Assembly (NCBI GenBank): GCA_032718475.1
Contig: JAUCBJ010001902.1
Coordinates: 1 to 48,164 of the forward strand
Source of the DNA: Nemertoderma westbladi
Lineage: Eukaryota > Animalia > Xenacoelomorpha
Length of the DNA stretch: 48,164 nucleotides
Direction: 5' to 3'
Below the pieces are notes generated by a model. The model ran no database searches and was not told where the DNA came from. It worked only from the letters and a program-made list of their open reading frames with translations. Shown one piece after another: positions 1-12,793 of this stretch (positions within the stretch are counted from its first letter, which is position 1; every line of letters starts with the position of its first letter). The position numbers were made by a program, and so were the translations under genes.

Positions 1-1012
1 AATAGAATATTCCCTTCAAAAGACGAGTTTATTTCATATAGAGACAAACACACTGGGTGACGGACAAATGCAATCCCCCTTCTCGGTGTCGCTGAAGGAT
101 TAACGTACTGTACAAGTTACAGTACAAGTACAGTACATTATAATTATGATCATTTCAGTGTTGATTTTAAATTTCTTTTATCTTTTAAATATTTTTAGAC
201 ATAAGTCAGCGCCCGATAAATTTTGGACACCAGTAAGCGGTATATACCTTAGTGGTTTCTCCCTCCACTATATTTTTCTGCCGTAATACAGTATGTTACG
301 TTTTTATTATTGACTAATTTTATGATTTGGAGTGCAAATACAGTGCAATACAATACAAATGTTGGGCACAGCTTGGCAAATAGTCGGTATTGACGTCTCA
401 GTGGTGGTATTAATAGTAATATCACAAATCTCAATGGTGGTATTATTTTTTCATTATTATTATTATAACATTAATTATAATATAAGAATTTAATTATAGT
501 AAAATTAAAATTATAGAATGACTTAGGCGTATTTGTTTCACACTAACTACAAAGTAACTGATTTTTTCTGCTTGAGTTTGCAGTACCGCAGTACTGGAGG
601 GAAATTTAAAACCGTTTAAAAACCCAATCTAATCAGTACCGGTGTTGCCCATACCTTCCGGTCTTCCAGTCAGCCAGTCAGTACTGCAGTAACAGTTCTT
701 AATACCGGCACTGTAATAGTTTCACATTTATAATATTATACTGTAAAATGCAGAAATAGTAGGCCTATATGCAACTCACTTAAAAGCGCGGTGTAGTATT
801 TATTAGGGGCCTACATTCTGACATTAATATGATATAAACTTGTTTTCAAGTTTCATTTCCTGTCTGTAAGATTTTCGAGGTGAAAGTTTTACCTACCGGA
901 AACAGGGATACGGACAGCCAGCAGACGGAAGTGCGATAGGCCTATATCTGTTTTTTTAAATACAAACCAGGAAACCACAAACCCTCATTTATTTAACTTT
1001 TTTTTAAATGTG

Positions 1013-3421
1013 ATGTTCAAACTTTTCGGTTATAAACTTTCCGGCAAGTTGTTGCGACATTCTGGCATTAAGAAAAAGATAGCCGGCAAAAAGGAACAAT
1101 TCGATGAATTTTACAGTCCAATCCCAACCATAGCCAATCTTCGTTCCCACAGTAGCATAGTATCGAACGGACTATGCAACAATGGCGACAGTTTAAGTTC
1201 TTTATCCATCCTGCGTAAAGTTCTACAGGATATCCCCCAAGTGCGATGGATCCATACCGATCCGGAATCCGACCCTTCGCCTGATGATTCCCGTTTTCAG
1301 ATTATTATTGACGAGTTGAAGAATAAATCGATTCCATTTGTTGTCGGTGCCAATGGAATCTCTTGCGATTGTCCCGTCTGCGCCGGTAACAAAGATGCTA
1401 ATGAAAAGTCATCCGCGTTTATTAGTAAAGATTCTGGGAGGTTTAACTGCATCATCTGTTACACCCACGGGTCCTGGGCGCAGTTTATCGAACTCGTCAA
1501 CTCGACTCCGATTAAATCGGTTACCGGGCGCTCGGATGTGGCCTCGAATGACTGCACCGAGAGTTCAGATTCATATATTGTCAAGGGTTCGAATGTTTAT
1601 AAGGAATCGATCCCGACACACATAACGGAAGTTAACGAAGAAAGTTCTTACCTATCGGAATGGGACTCATCTTCTGATTGGCTAAGTTTATCGCGGTCTG
1701 CTATCCAAGACATCACTTTTAAAGCTGGTGTTGAGGACATTGAGGACTGGGTCTTCGATGTCTTTAACGTTCGGGTTAACAACTCCAAGAACTGTCTCAG
1801 ATTTCCTCTTTACGATTTAAATAAAACCGCGATAATCGGAATAGATAATTACAATATAACTCAACGAGAAGGTAAGCCCCAATCAGAGACTACGCTTAGA
1901 GGTAGCGCGTCTCTGATTGGTTGGCACGCGGTCGCCAAGACTACGCTTACAGCGGTGCTCACCGACAACGATATGGACGCGATGGCGGTGCATCAGGTGA
2001 CGCGAGGGACCACCGCTGCCTTGGGTCTCCCAAACGCGTTGGTAACAGCCCCGACAGCGTCGCAACTAGAGTGTCTGTCTCAGTTCGAGAGACTCATTCT
2101 ATGGACGCGCTGCCCCGCAGACAGACTAAAGGCGCTGATAGCGTTGATCGGGGTGGACCGCTGTCACGTCATCGACGGGAAACAAGTACCAAATCCGGTG
2201 TCGGCCTTACGACGGGGTTCGGAGTTCGTGAAGTACCTCCTAGGTCAAATCGTACCTGTAAAACCCGAGAGCGTTATTACCTTCGCTCAACTCGAATCCT
2301 CTGTCTACAAATCCTTTATGAATCAGATCGACTACGCCGGGATCAAATGGACGCGTTTCACCTGGTTGACTAAGATCCTCAAAGGTCATAGACCAGGGGA
2401 GCTGACCCTAATAACCGGTCCCACCGGGTCCGGTAAGACCACATTCGCGGCGGAATACAGTCTGGATTTGGCGATGCAAGGCGTCAGGACTTTATGGGGA
2501 AGTTTCGAGATTAGTAACACCGTAACCGCCAAGATGTTGGTCTGTCAGTACGCTTTGGATAGACTGGTAGGCGATTCTGTCATAGATGAGAAAGTATTCG
2601 GGATTGTTATGGAAGAGTTTAAGAAGGTCCCTATATTCTTTATAGATTCCCACGGACAACAGAACATAGAAGATTTAATTAAAACTCTTGAGCAATCCGT
2701 GTTGGCGTGTGATATTCACCATGTTCTTATAGATAACTTACAATTCATGATGGGGTCTTCCTTTCTGCAGACTAAATCCATGGATAAATGGTCCTACCAG
2801 GATCACATAGTTTCTTGTCTCCGGTCCTTCGCCACGAAACATAAATGTCATCTAACTCTAATCGTCCACCCTCGGAAGGAGTCAGTTTACGAAGAGATGA
2901 CTATTAATTCCCTTTTTGGTTCGGTTAAAACCAGCCAGGAGGCCGATAATGTTTTAATATTGCAGGAAATTCGATTAAAAAACTCTGAGAAAGTTGTAAA
3001 GCGTAAATATGTCGAGGTTGTAAAGAACCGATACGACGGGGATTTAGGGAGGTTCTCCTTGAAATTCGATAAAGTTTCTAAGACTTTAAGTGGTTGTTCG
3101 TCTGCTAACGTCGCTGCGGGTAGAACCCCGCAGCAAACCGCAGCAATGGAAGACGATAAGCCGATTGCGGACCCGTTGCGGAAGAGGCCAAAGCGGAAGG
3201 ATGATGTTGCCATTACTAATTCATTAAATGATCTGCAATATGGCGTCGAAGATTGCTCGAGTTGCGAAACATTAGCGGTAGGTGAGGAACCGTGCATTGA
3301 GGTCGATGTTAGTGCAATAGAAGAGTCAGTAAATGATTCCTCGGGGTTCATTAAAGATTCTACTTCTAGTGAATCTGATAGGTCAAGTTCGAGAGAATTG
3401 CCTATCGATCCGTGGCAATAA
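1013..3421 (+). CDS. TWNK: Twinkle mitochondrial replicative DNA helicase (T7 gp4-like primase-helicase, SF4), single-exon ORF
   Basis: Basic N-terminus resembling a targeting peptide; CPVC...CIIC zinc-binding-domain motifs; degenerate TOPRIM (VLTDNDMDAMAV); SF4 motifs KGHRPGELT, Walker A GPTGSGKTT, GSFEI, HVLIDNLQFM, HPRKE, GSVKTSQEADNV, KNRYDGDLG; acidic tail. First ATG is at 1013 (the ORF track starts at GTG 1010). Confidence 0.96.
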   Translation: MFKLFGYKLSGKLLRHSGIKKKIAGKKEQFDEFYSPIPTIANLRSHSSIVSNGLCNNGDSLSSLSILRKVLQDIPQVRWIHTDPESDPSPDDSRFQIIIDELKNKSIPFVVGANGISCDCPVCAGNKDANEKSSAFISKDSGRFNCIICYTHGSWAQFIELVNSTPIKSVTGRSDVASNDCTESSDSYIVKGSNVYKESIPTHITEVNEESSYLSEWDSSSDWLSLSRSAIQDITFKAGVEDIEDWVFDVFNVRVNNSKNCLRFPLYDLNKTAIIGIDNYNITQREGKPQSETTLRGSASLIGWHAVAKTTLTAVLTDNDMDAMAVHQVTRGTTAALGLPNALVTAPTASQLECLSQFERLILWTRCPADRLKALIALIGVDRCHVIDGKQVPNPVSALRRGSEFVKYLLGQIVPVKPESVITFAQLESSVYKSFMNQIDYAGIKWTRFTWLTKILKGHRPGELTLITGPTGSGKTTFAAEYSLDLAMQGVRTLWGSFEISNTVTAKMLVCQYALDRLVGDSVIDEKVFGIVMEEFKKVPIFFIDSHGQQNIEDLIKTLEQSVLACDIHHVLIDNLQFMMGSSFLQTKSMDKWSYQDHIVSCLRSFATKHKCHLTLIVHPRKESVYEEMTINSLFGSVKTSQEADNVLILQEIRLKNSEKVVKRKYVEVVKNRYDGDLGRFSLKFDKVSKTLSGCSSANVAAGRTPQQTAAMEDDKPIADPLRKRPKRKDDVAITNSLNDLQYGVEDCSSCETLAVGEEPCIEVDVSAIEESVNDSSGFIKDSTSSESDRSSSRELPIDPWQ

Positions 3422-5769
3422 CTTAAAATGAATATGATTTTGTAATATTGTTATTTCGACAGGTTATTTTATATTTGTTCCCTGGCAAAATCACTCATAT
3501 GAATTATGATCACACCTTTAAATTGTACTTATTATAATCAATAACTTACATATTTGATTTGAATTTATACTTCCAGAATAATTTATAAATCTTTATGTCA
3601 GTTCATTTCTTTGATTTTATGAGATATATATTTTAAACTATTTATTTTCCAACCCGAGATTTCTTGTCTGAATCGTGTATCGTCGTAATAATGTGTGCTA
3701 TAAGAGATTTAAATTATTTGTTTAAGAAATCTAACCGAAACTGAAATGTTTTAGCGATAACTAATGTTAGTTTAACATTCGGTTGTACAGTTTTCAGCGC
3801 TCTGATGGACATTTTGCGTTATACAATAATTATTAGTGAATGCTGCAATAGTTTAAGTGCGCCATAATATGGTAAATGTTTAGTATACAATGTATTATAT
3901 ATTATGTTTTGTCTCATACCGATAACTATTTATTACAAGGAAAAAAATTGCTTTTTTTTCCCCCTGACCACGACGTAATGTATAATTTACCGGGTAGCTT
4001 CAGCGAGCAAGGTCAGTTATACATCAAGGAGACTCCCTCCAGGAAAAAAAACACTGTATTTTCCATGAAATTAATAATTTTATTTTTTTCCTCTCTTTGA
4101 ACCACAACCTCTTCGTCGCGAGATACGCGTCTTCCCATACCGGCCGCAGTTCGGCAGTTGCCTCCTAAAGACGGCGATAAGTTGTCTCGACAATCTCCCT
4201 AGACTCTAGACCCACCGCGAAGTGAGGTTCAAGACTTACTTCAACAACTGCTTAAAAAAGCTGTTGTTCCCGCTAACAACTTGAAGCGATCAAGCTCGGT
4301 CGGGATTTATGCTAACACAAGTTGGATCCCGACTAAAGAGTTTTAAGAAGGGAGTTTTAATAATAAAATATGTTTATACCGTATGTAAATTAATTATCGC
4401 GATAGTGTAGTATAATCTGGTGCTTGTAATTCCTATGCAGTTACGTATTGTTGTTCATTAAAGTTTCTATTGGCGTAATCATTTGTTTCCTAGTGAGGTA
4501 GGAAGGGGCGGTAGTCTCTCGGATCAGGCCGAGAACTGTGTGATTGGGGGGGGGGGGGGGGGGGGGGTTATTTCCTGAACTTTCCTCGTTGATTTCTAAG
4601 GCTGATTTCCCGGTTTATCAAATCAAAATGCAAAGCATAAATAAACTATGTATTATTCTCTCATTAAAAAAAATAAAATAGAGCAATTCGCAATTCATCC
4701 GAACCAATTTTTTTTATTCCACATTATCTTTCCAATATTACCAAAAAAGTGTATAAAAATAAATTATGCTGATTACTTTGAATTCCATGCTTTTTCTTTG
4801 CTTAGCAACAGGGATTTTCCATTGCAACAAGGGGTCTATTGGTGGGATTTTCCCCAAATTTGATACAGACAAACTTTATTCCTATGACTATTAATTGAAT
4901 AAACTTTGGACTTCTGCATAGTTACTAATTTAGTTTCCAGTGCAACATAAATTTGTCTACTTATTTAACCATTTTTAATACAAATTTTGCCGGTACTATA
5001 TAGGCCTAGGGAGCTTATTTACACTCCTTCTCTACTAAACGGGTGGATGTAACCTCGCCCATCGGATTTGTCGACCTCAAAACCTTATCCCCCCCCCCCC
5101 CCCCCCCAAAAAAAAATTGATTTGTTATATCATGACCTAACTATATAATAGATACGACCCGCCAAGCTGCTGCAAAGCCCCTAAATTTAGTGGGCCAGTT
5201 ATTTCTTTTAGATAGAATTCCATAAATAGGCCTAGCGCGTCGAAAGTACTTGGCCCTAACTAAAATTATATCCTCTTTCAGATGAAACAAATTTTAATAA
5301 TACAAAATAACAAAATTTAATAGCTCCAGTTGGCCTAGATTTCGAGATATGAGGAGTTACTGGAACCTACTGTATGCCATATCAACACCTTTCGGAATTG
5401 ATAATATTACACATAATACATCACCCTTCAAGACTTTGCTATAACCATTAAACCAACTATGCTTTTTTTGTTTTGTTGAATTCATTATTAGTAATCGAGA
5501 GCACGATTAGAAGCAAAATTTTCATTTTTTTATTAATACAGATACTAAAAGAGCATCAAAAGTGCAGGTACAGTACAGTTTTCAAAAGGGTTAAATTGGC
5601 CGTACAGTTTGGCTACTGAGGTTTTAGAATGTGCTGATTTCATTGGGAAGGTTTATTCCTCTACATCAAACATATCAAAGAGTTGTGTAATATAACAACA
5701 TAGGCATGTTGTTATATTAGTTATTAGTCAGTTATTTGTGCCCCATGGAGAACGAAAAAACAAGTATTG

Positions 5770-6200
5770 GAATTATGGTAATGAAAAATCACCACGAAAA
5801 CAAATTGATTTTATGACAATATGGTTTTTTTGGGATGCTGATCACGAATATGACACTGAAAAATATCATACCTTGTTGATTACGGCTTTTTTGGATACGT
5901 GTCAATGTGCGACACGAAAAATACTAGTAGCACAAATTTAATAACGAAAAATCATTACCAAATCAACCTGATTTTTAGACATGGGCTTTCTGGGATGCTG
6001 ATCACGAATATGACACTCAAAAATATCCTACCTTGTTGATTAAGGCTTTTTTGGATACGTGTCAATGTGCGGCACGAAAATTACAAGTAGCACAATATTT
6101 GATAAGCAAAAGTCATTACCAAATCAACCTGATTTTTAGATATGGGTTTTCAGGGATGCCGATCACGAATATGACACTAAAATATATCGTATTATCCAAC
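5770..6200. repeat. About 3 tandem copies of a ~160-170-bp unit, followed by degenerate related sequence to ~6715
   Basis: Core GGGATGCTGATCACGAATATGACACT recurs near 5832, 5992 and 6154; CTTTTTTGGATACGTGTCAATGTGCG occurs twice. Confidence 0.75.
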
Positions 6201-6734
6201 CAAATTCGATTTTTGCCGTTTGAAATTTTATTCTACTTGTATTTTTCGTGCCACTAGACAAACCCCAAAACGATAGTTGCTTTAAAAGTAATGATTTGTA
6301 ACGAGTTTTATCGTTAGCAGCGGCTTTAAAAAAAGCAGTATAGCTTCAGAATTACCAAACCTAAGGCAAAATGTAGCAGTTTTAAATTTTTCCTACTTGC
6401 ACTTTTCGTTTTGGGGCACCAAAATAGCACCAAAAATGATGTTTAAATTTCCAGAATTTGTTTTAGCTAATTTCATCGTGATCGGCGACGCCGGAAACCG
6501 TTAACTTCAGAATTATCAAACCAAACACAAAATGTTTTAGTTTGACAATTTTTTATATGTACTTTTCGTCCTGGGGGACCAAAATAGCACCAAAAATGAT
6601 GGTTGCATTGCCAGAAAATATTTTTAATAAGTTTTATCGTGATCAGCGTCCTAAAAACCCTTATACCATCAAAATTGTCATTTTTGAGCCATGATCTAAA
6701 AAATTTCAAAAATGACCCCCCCCCCCCCCTATCC

Positions 6735-7747
6735 TATTGCCAATCCTTACACTACTAGGAACACATCATGAATTGGTGCCAGGGATTGGTTAATAAGCTA
6801 TATTTTGATTGGATGTTGAAATCGTGTAAGGAATGGAGAGAGGAGTCGAACTAGAGTAAGGGTTTTATACTCAGTTTGTAGGTAGAAAGTGTTCCAAACG
6901 CTGTAAGGAATGGAGAAATTGGGTGAAATCATGTAAGGATTATCTGCCTATTAAACGGTTCATTGCCAGGTTAACAGTAAAAATATATACGAATAACAAT
7001 ATACAGTAGGTCTACATATATTTTATTGATAGTATTTACTATTGAAATTTATTCATTTGATGTTTATATTTAAAAGCATTTCACAATTTGTAAACATAAA
7101 TATCCCAATGAAATAAACTCTTAATTTTCAAATGATGTTTAGTATTTGTTCGATTTGCATTTTATGTTTATCGACAGGTTTCTACGGCGCTTTTTAGCGC
7201 GTCGAGACATATCAAGTACCATGAGGTCGGCCAGCAGGCATCTGTTTACTTCCTGTTGTATGAGCTACTCGTCGGCGCGCTAGTGCAGTTGGCTGCACAC
7301 GAATAGCAAATAGACTATTCCTAAGCAAACTTACAGTCTAACAGTTGAACTCTGTGTAAAAAGTAATGTATCCATAGACCCTTCTAGTAGTTCGTTTTAG
7401 CATAGGGCCTACGCATGCAACCTGTATAAACCATAACAATAATAATGTTCTATTAGGCCTAGGCCTACTGACTAGGCTAATGTCACCTGCTGCTGCTAGC
7501 ATACTCTTCTAATACTGTGGGTATAATAACCCTTACATGATGTCACCCATTTTCTCCATTCCTTACAGCGTTTCGAACACTTTGTCTCTACCTGCCATCT
7601 ACAGTAAGTGAAAAAAAACCCTTACACATAGTTCGACCCCTATCTCCATTCCTTACATGATTTCAACGTCCAATCAAATAATAGTTTATTAACCAATCCC
7701 AAGCACCAATTCATGATGTTTTCTTAATGGTGTAAGGATTGGGAATA
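6735..7747. mobile_element. Non-autonomous TIR element (MITE-like) with ~200-bp imperfect inverted repeats, lying between two poly-C tracts
   Basis: Left TATTGCCAATCCTTACAC...CATCATGAATTGGTGC...GTAAGGAATGGAGA matches the reverse complement of right TCTCCATTCCTTAC...GCACCAATTCATGATG...GTGTAAGGATTGGGAATA. TA at both outer ends; no coding capacity. Confidence 0.8.
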
Positions 7748-8789
7748 CCCCCCCCCCCCCCCCCCCCCAATCTGCCAGAGTAGAGTAATATAAAGTATCA
7801 GTTCCTCACATTATTAAACGACACTATATTCCAGGACATGTAGTTAAGTAGTAACCATACAACATTACTTATCAATAATTAATTGCAGTTATTAAAAATT
7901 CTTCAAAATAATATCAGTTCCTCATTATATTGAAGTCGTATCGTAATATTAATTTATCTCAGCATAATCTATTATTATATCAATAACGTTTGTTTATTAA
8001 ATCCAAGACAGTAAGGAGCGAATACTGTTAAGGTGGTCACGCATTGTCGTACTTGAGATCTCCCGAAAGGGCCGATATGTGCTCGGGGGATTCAGATAGG
8101 AGTCCAGCTGGTTTAAGAAGGAAAATAACCGTAGCGTCGACAGACACATTGAGCCATTTATGAAAACACCACAATTTTATAAACCTTGCCAATGAAATCA
8201 GCACATTTCAAAACCTCCGTAGCCTAACTACACGGCCACTTTACCACTTTTGGCTATTTTAAAATGGTATGGTTGGTTATACCGAAGTCTTTGAAGGGTA
8301 ATGTATTTTGAGTAATTTTATCAATTCCGAATTTGCTGATATGGTATGGGTGCCAAGAACTCCTCTTATCGCGGAAACCACTGTAGCTACTAAATTTGTA
8401 TTTGTCTCATCTGAAAGAGGACATAATTTTAGTTAGAGCCAAGTACATTCGACACACTAGACACATTGTTTCAGGGGTTCTATCAAAGAGAAATAACTGG
8501 CCCACTAAATGTAGGGGCTTTGCAGCAGGTTGGCTGGTCGTATCTAAAGTAGGTCGTAAAGCAGCGGACTAAGTGACGAAAGATATACTACTCCGCTTGG
8601 AATAAATTTCATGAAATTAAAAAAAAATTCATTGAAATATTTCACGTGAAATATTTTAAGTCTATGTGAATTTTTTAAACTCTAATGCTATGCCAGCTTA
8701 ACAAAAACATTTTCTCACCACCATGCAATCTACAATTGGCAAGCCTAAAGCAGCGTGCATTAAGAATGCTATGCCGGCTTATCAACCAA

Positions 8790-9950
8790 GTTGCACCACC
8801 CCACCTCCCATGACCATGACATTCGGCGAGAATACCCGCATCTTCAAGGCCAGTGTCTTTAAGAGTCATGGGCTGTCCACCATGCTTATTCACTCCATGG
8901 GGCTGCCAAAGCACAAGATTGTGCACTGGCTGGTCCTCACGGCGAAAGCAATGTCCTGCAAAGCGGAGGCGGCTTTGTTCTTGTGTCACGCTTGGGGGAA
9001 CCAATGAGAACACCTCCAATGTTCTATAGTGTCTGGTTGGAGATGTGTGCATTGTACTTGACACAATGAACCCGGCGTAGCATTCTTGTAAATGTGCCAT
9101 CCAGAGATTTGGTGTCCTCAGCAGTTAGAGCCCAGCATGGACTCCCATAGAGGAGTACTGTAACTACTGCTGCTCTAAATAATCGGACCTTAGGTTTCCG
9201 ATAAATTATGTGTGACTTCCAAATCCTGGGAAGCCCATTCAATGCTGCCCATGCCTTTCTTTCCCTTACGTATTCGAAGGTCATCACCTGACTTCCGGAT
9301 CCATGATCCCAGATAACAGAAGTCGTACACATGCTCAAGCATACCATCCATTGAGCTTTTGCACATCCGATCAGATATTTATCTATCAAATTTAAATGTC
9401 AAAATTTTGAACTTTTTGGAGTTAACAAAAAGGGCAACACTAGAAGCAGCCTGTTCTACTACGCTGAGGAGCGGTTGGGCTCCCAGTCATCAGCAAAGTC
9501 TAGATCAGTTAGGTACTTGGCAGGATTTCCTCGACTTCTGGAGCCAGTAGGTGGAGTTATCATCACCCCATCATCATTATGATGATCTAAGGACATGCGT
9601 AGAACATAGTCAACCACAATTATGAACAAGAATGGTGCAAGTGTGTCTCCCTGGAGGACGCCCCATAACACTTCGAATGGATCTGTGTCACCGTCAACAG
9701 TAGACACAAATGTCGTCGAACCATCGTATGCTGATCTGATTGCTGCAATAATTTCATCAGGAATCCCATATAATGAAAGACTGAATCAAGCGAGAGACTG
9801 AATCAAAGGCCTTGAAGAAGTCAACAAAGATAACAGCCAGATCTTCCTTTTTTGATAACACTTCAATTATCCTTCCAAGTGCCAAAATGGACCTTTACGG
9901 AACCCATTCTGACTTCCACGCAGCAGTCTCTCAATGGGATCCCTGATATA
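8790..9950 (-). pseudogene. Degenerate RTE-like non-LTR retrotransposon reverse transcriptase fragment
   Basis: Frameshifted pieces read SQNGFRKG, FVDFFKAFDS, GVLQGDTLAPFLF, LDFADD, LFRAAVVTVLLYG and RLRFAGH in the expected order. Confidence 0.9.
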
Positions 9951-12793
9951 GCTGCTGTTGGAACTTAAAAATTCTCAAATAGGAATTGATAGAGCAACAA
10001 ATTAGAAAAGCATCCATTATTAAAAAGTTTCACCCACGGAGAAGGTATCGTAAATTTTAGATCTTCAGAAGTTGTACCGGTAATAGAAACAAGACGAACG
10101 AAAAAACAACGTAAGATTTTTGTATGAAACTTGTATTTCCGGTCCTGATTCAATAATGTAGAGCCCGAAGACCCTCTAAACAGTGGTGATATATTCAAAT
10201 GACTAATATTATTTTAGATATCCGGTTTATGCCAGCCTACGTACGTACGGTAGGTACATGCTTTATCGTTTATCAATAACATACTGATAACTGCACCAAC
10301 TCCTCTAAATTAATTAAACAATGTCCCATGAAAATAGAGTCTTAAACCACCCATAGAGTATATTAGCATTACATTAACACGTAATGAATGACTCGATAAT
10401 CAACTCATTGATTACGTTGTAATCAATGAGTTGATCTTTGGTGTCAAAAGATCACGATTGTGGCGGGTGCCGTGCCATACAGTGGACTACATACAGATAG
10501 AGACACTTTCTCCCAAAAACTAGCAAAAATGTCTAAATTGATTTATAAAACCTGCTTAGCTCAAGGGGGATATTTTAAATTTCATAGAAAAGGAAATTAC
10601 GATCACTAAAAATAAAATAAAAATAATAAATCCCTTGCAAATTTAGTGAGTTCAAACAAATAATGGTGCCTCTGGCCCTTTCAACCACCAAGAATCAGAA
10701 ATTCCCTACCATGAACCACTTAAATTAAGACACTATAAATATGGAACATAGTAAAATTATGTTGGATAAGAGTTCGCTATATTGAGGTTATAATGTATGT
10801 AACACTAACTAAAATAAAAGAGCAGGAACAACCATCCAAACCACATTAAAACGATATACCCAACTACTCTCTATCAATACATATCCATTATATATATATA
10901 TACAAATTTCTATAAGAACCAACATTATATAATAATAATGACCAGTGTTCACAACAAGCTATACTTAGTCAGCATAAAGTCATTCACGGTGAAGTTATCA
11001 ACTTAAGATACAACTTATGAATGAGGGAGTTATATGTATTCATGAGTACAATACACTATGAAAATAGTCTGTTAATACAGTGGCTTGTCTAATTTTATAC
11101 AAATCTTATTTACTGATGGTCACTGGTGCAATATCGATTGAGGGAGAGCCCAAGTCACTGAATTAAGATATCAGCTGATAAAAACCGATGATAAGTTGAC
11201 AACAAACTGAAGTTGCTGATAGTCGGTCGAGTAGTAAAAAATAATATCAGAGTTTGACGTAATAATGTGCGCACTGGAAGACAAAAAATAAATTCTTACC
11301 TGAATTACAATTATAATAATAGCAAAACAGAGTTAATAAACACCAACCCAGCAGAGCCAGTATATAATTCTGCATACTGCAATACAGCACGGTTAAGTAT
11401 ACTAATCCATTATAACAACACTACAAGTACCATTATACTCCAAACTATAATAAAGTCGACAATAAAGTATAGGTAGATAGTAATTACGTATGTACCGGAA
11501 CATATAGGATTCATTCTCATTGCATTCAGCTAATGTTATAGCACTACTAAAAATATTGTAAGAAAGTGGTACAATATTGCAGTTCGTATGTAATATAAAG
11601 GCATAGATAAGATATAGATAATAAACATTATATTGAAAGTGATATATTTGGTCCACACAAATACGACCGTTACAGACATAGACATAACTGAGAACTGTGT
11701 CCGGTTGCCCTGCCTTTGTGACTACAGAACAACAAACACAGTCTCTATTAATATGTATGGAACAATAATTAGGCCTACTGTATCAGAGAATATAATAAAA
11801 TATTAGTATATTTAGGTAACAAATATTAGGATATTCCAACAAACAGGTTTGTAGATATACAAAGAAATAAATGTAATTTTTCAAAAAGTTGGAGTTTCTA
11901 TTAGACCAAAATTAATGAACATTGTGTAACTAATTTTAGAAAAATATGTTTTTAAATTCATTTGATTTTGAATTTACAATTAATTTTTCAGCCTTATAAA
12001 ACAAATAAATATTAGAAATGAATTCGGATATTCTCAGAGACACTCGTAACCTTGGCAATAAGTAGAAATCAACAGGTGGGTTGGAAGCGGTGGTGAAATT
12101 AGCGTTAAAAGTTATAATTATAAAAATAAATTTATAAGCCGATTTACAATCACACCGTAAGATTCCTACCAATGGTAAACATGAGGTATATAGGTACGTC
12201 TCTTCCTAATCATTTAGAAAGGTAAAATATTTTACTTGTAAGAGTAACAGGAGAAACGAGAAGAAAATCCGACAATGTTCACCACCGGGTTTAAAATAAA
12301 ATAGTCGAGAAGTTAAAATAATATAATTATCAAAATTTGGCCTAGATGCAGCAGAGGAAGCCCAAGTGAGATTGTTCGTACTCCCACCGGATGTAAAGTG
12401 TATATAACTACATAATGGTGTACAACCACCGGATGTACATATATGGTGTATCCTACACCAACAGGAAGTGCAAAGATTGGGTATCGTACACCGCAAAGTA
12501 TGCGCTCAAGTGTAAAGATGGTGAGGTCTTACAATAGGTGAGGCATAAAAGTAAATTTATTTTTTTGTGATCACAAACGGCTTGATTAGGGAAATAAGTA
12601 GATGAGTCAAATAATATCATGTAAATTATTCGTGGGTACCGTAACTAACTAATAAAACCAACTACATGACGTGTAGGTGTAAGCAAAATATATCCACCAA
12701 TTTAATTTACATCCCAAATTCCCAATCAGCAGTTAAAATATACAATATAATAATTCCCGATATGATATAAGATATATTCCTGATGGAAGGCGA

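Larger units (their letters stand above)
5140..8555. repeat. Pair of inverted ~150-bp diverged repeats (about 5140-5300 and 8390-8555): either TIRs of a large nested element or two independent copies
   Basis: AGATACGACCCGCCAAGCTGCTGCAAAGCCCCTAAATTTAGTGGGCCAGTTATTTCT... is matched in reverse complement by ...AGAAATAACTGGCCCACTAAATGTAGGGGCTTTGCAGCAGGTTGGCTGGTCGTATCT. No TSD recognised. Confidence 0.6.

Noticed and set aside
1013-3421. Phage or bacterial primase-helicase / prophage
   Set aside because: Motifs and the N-terminal extension fit nuclear-encoded Twinkle; there are no other phage genes and the context is eukaryotic repeats.
3964-4024. Pseudoknot from CTGACC/GGTCAG and ATGTATAA/TTATACAT pairings
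   Set aside because: Geometry is implausible (zero-length loop 3); a simple imperfect hairpin explains the complementarity and no function is evident.
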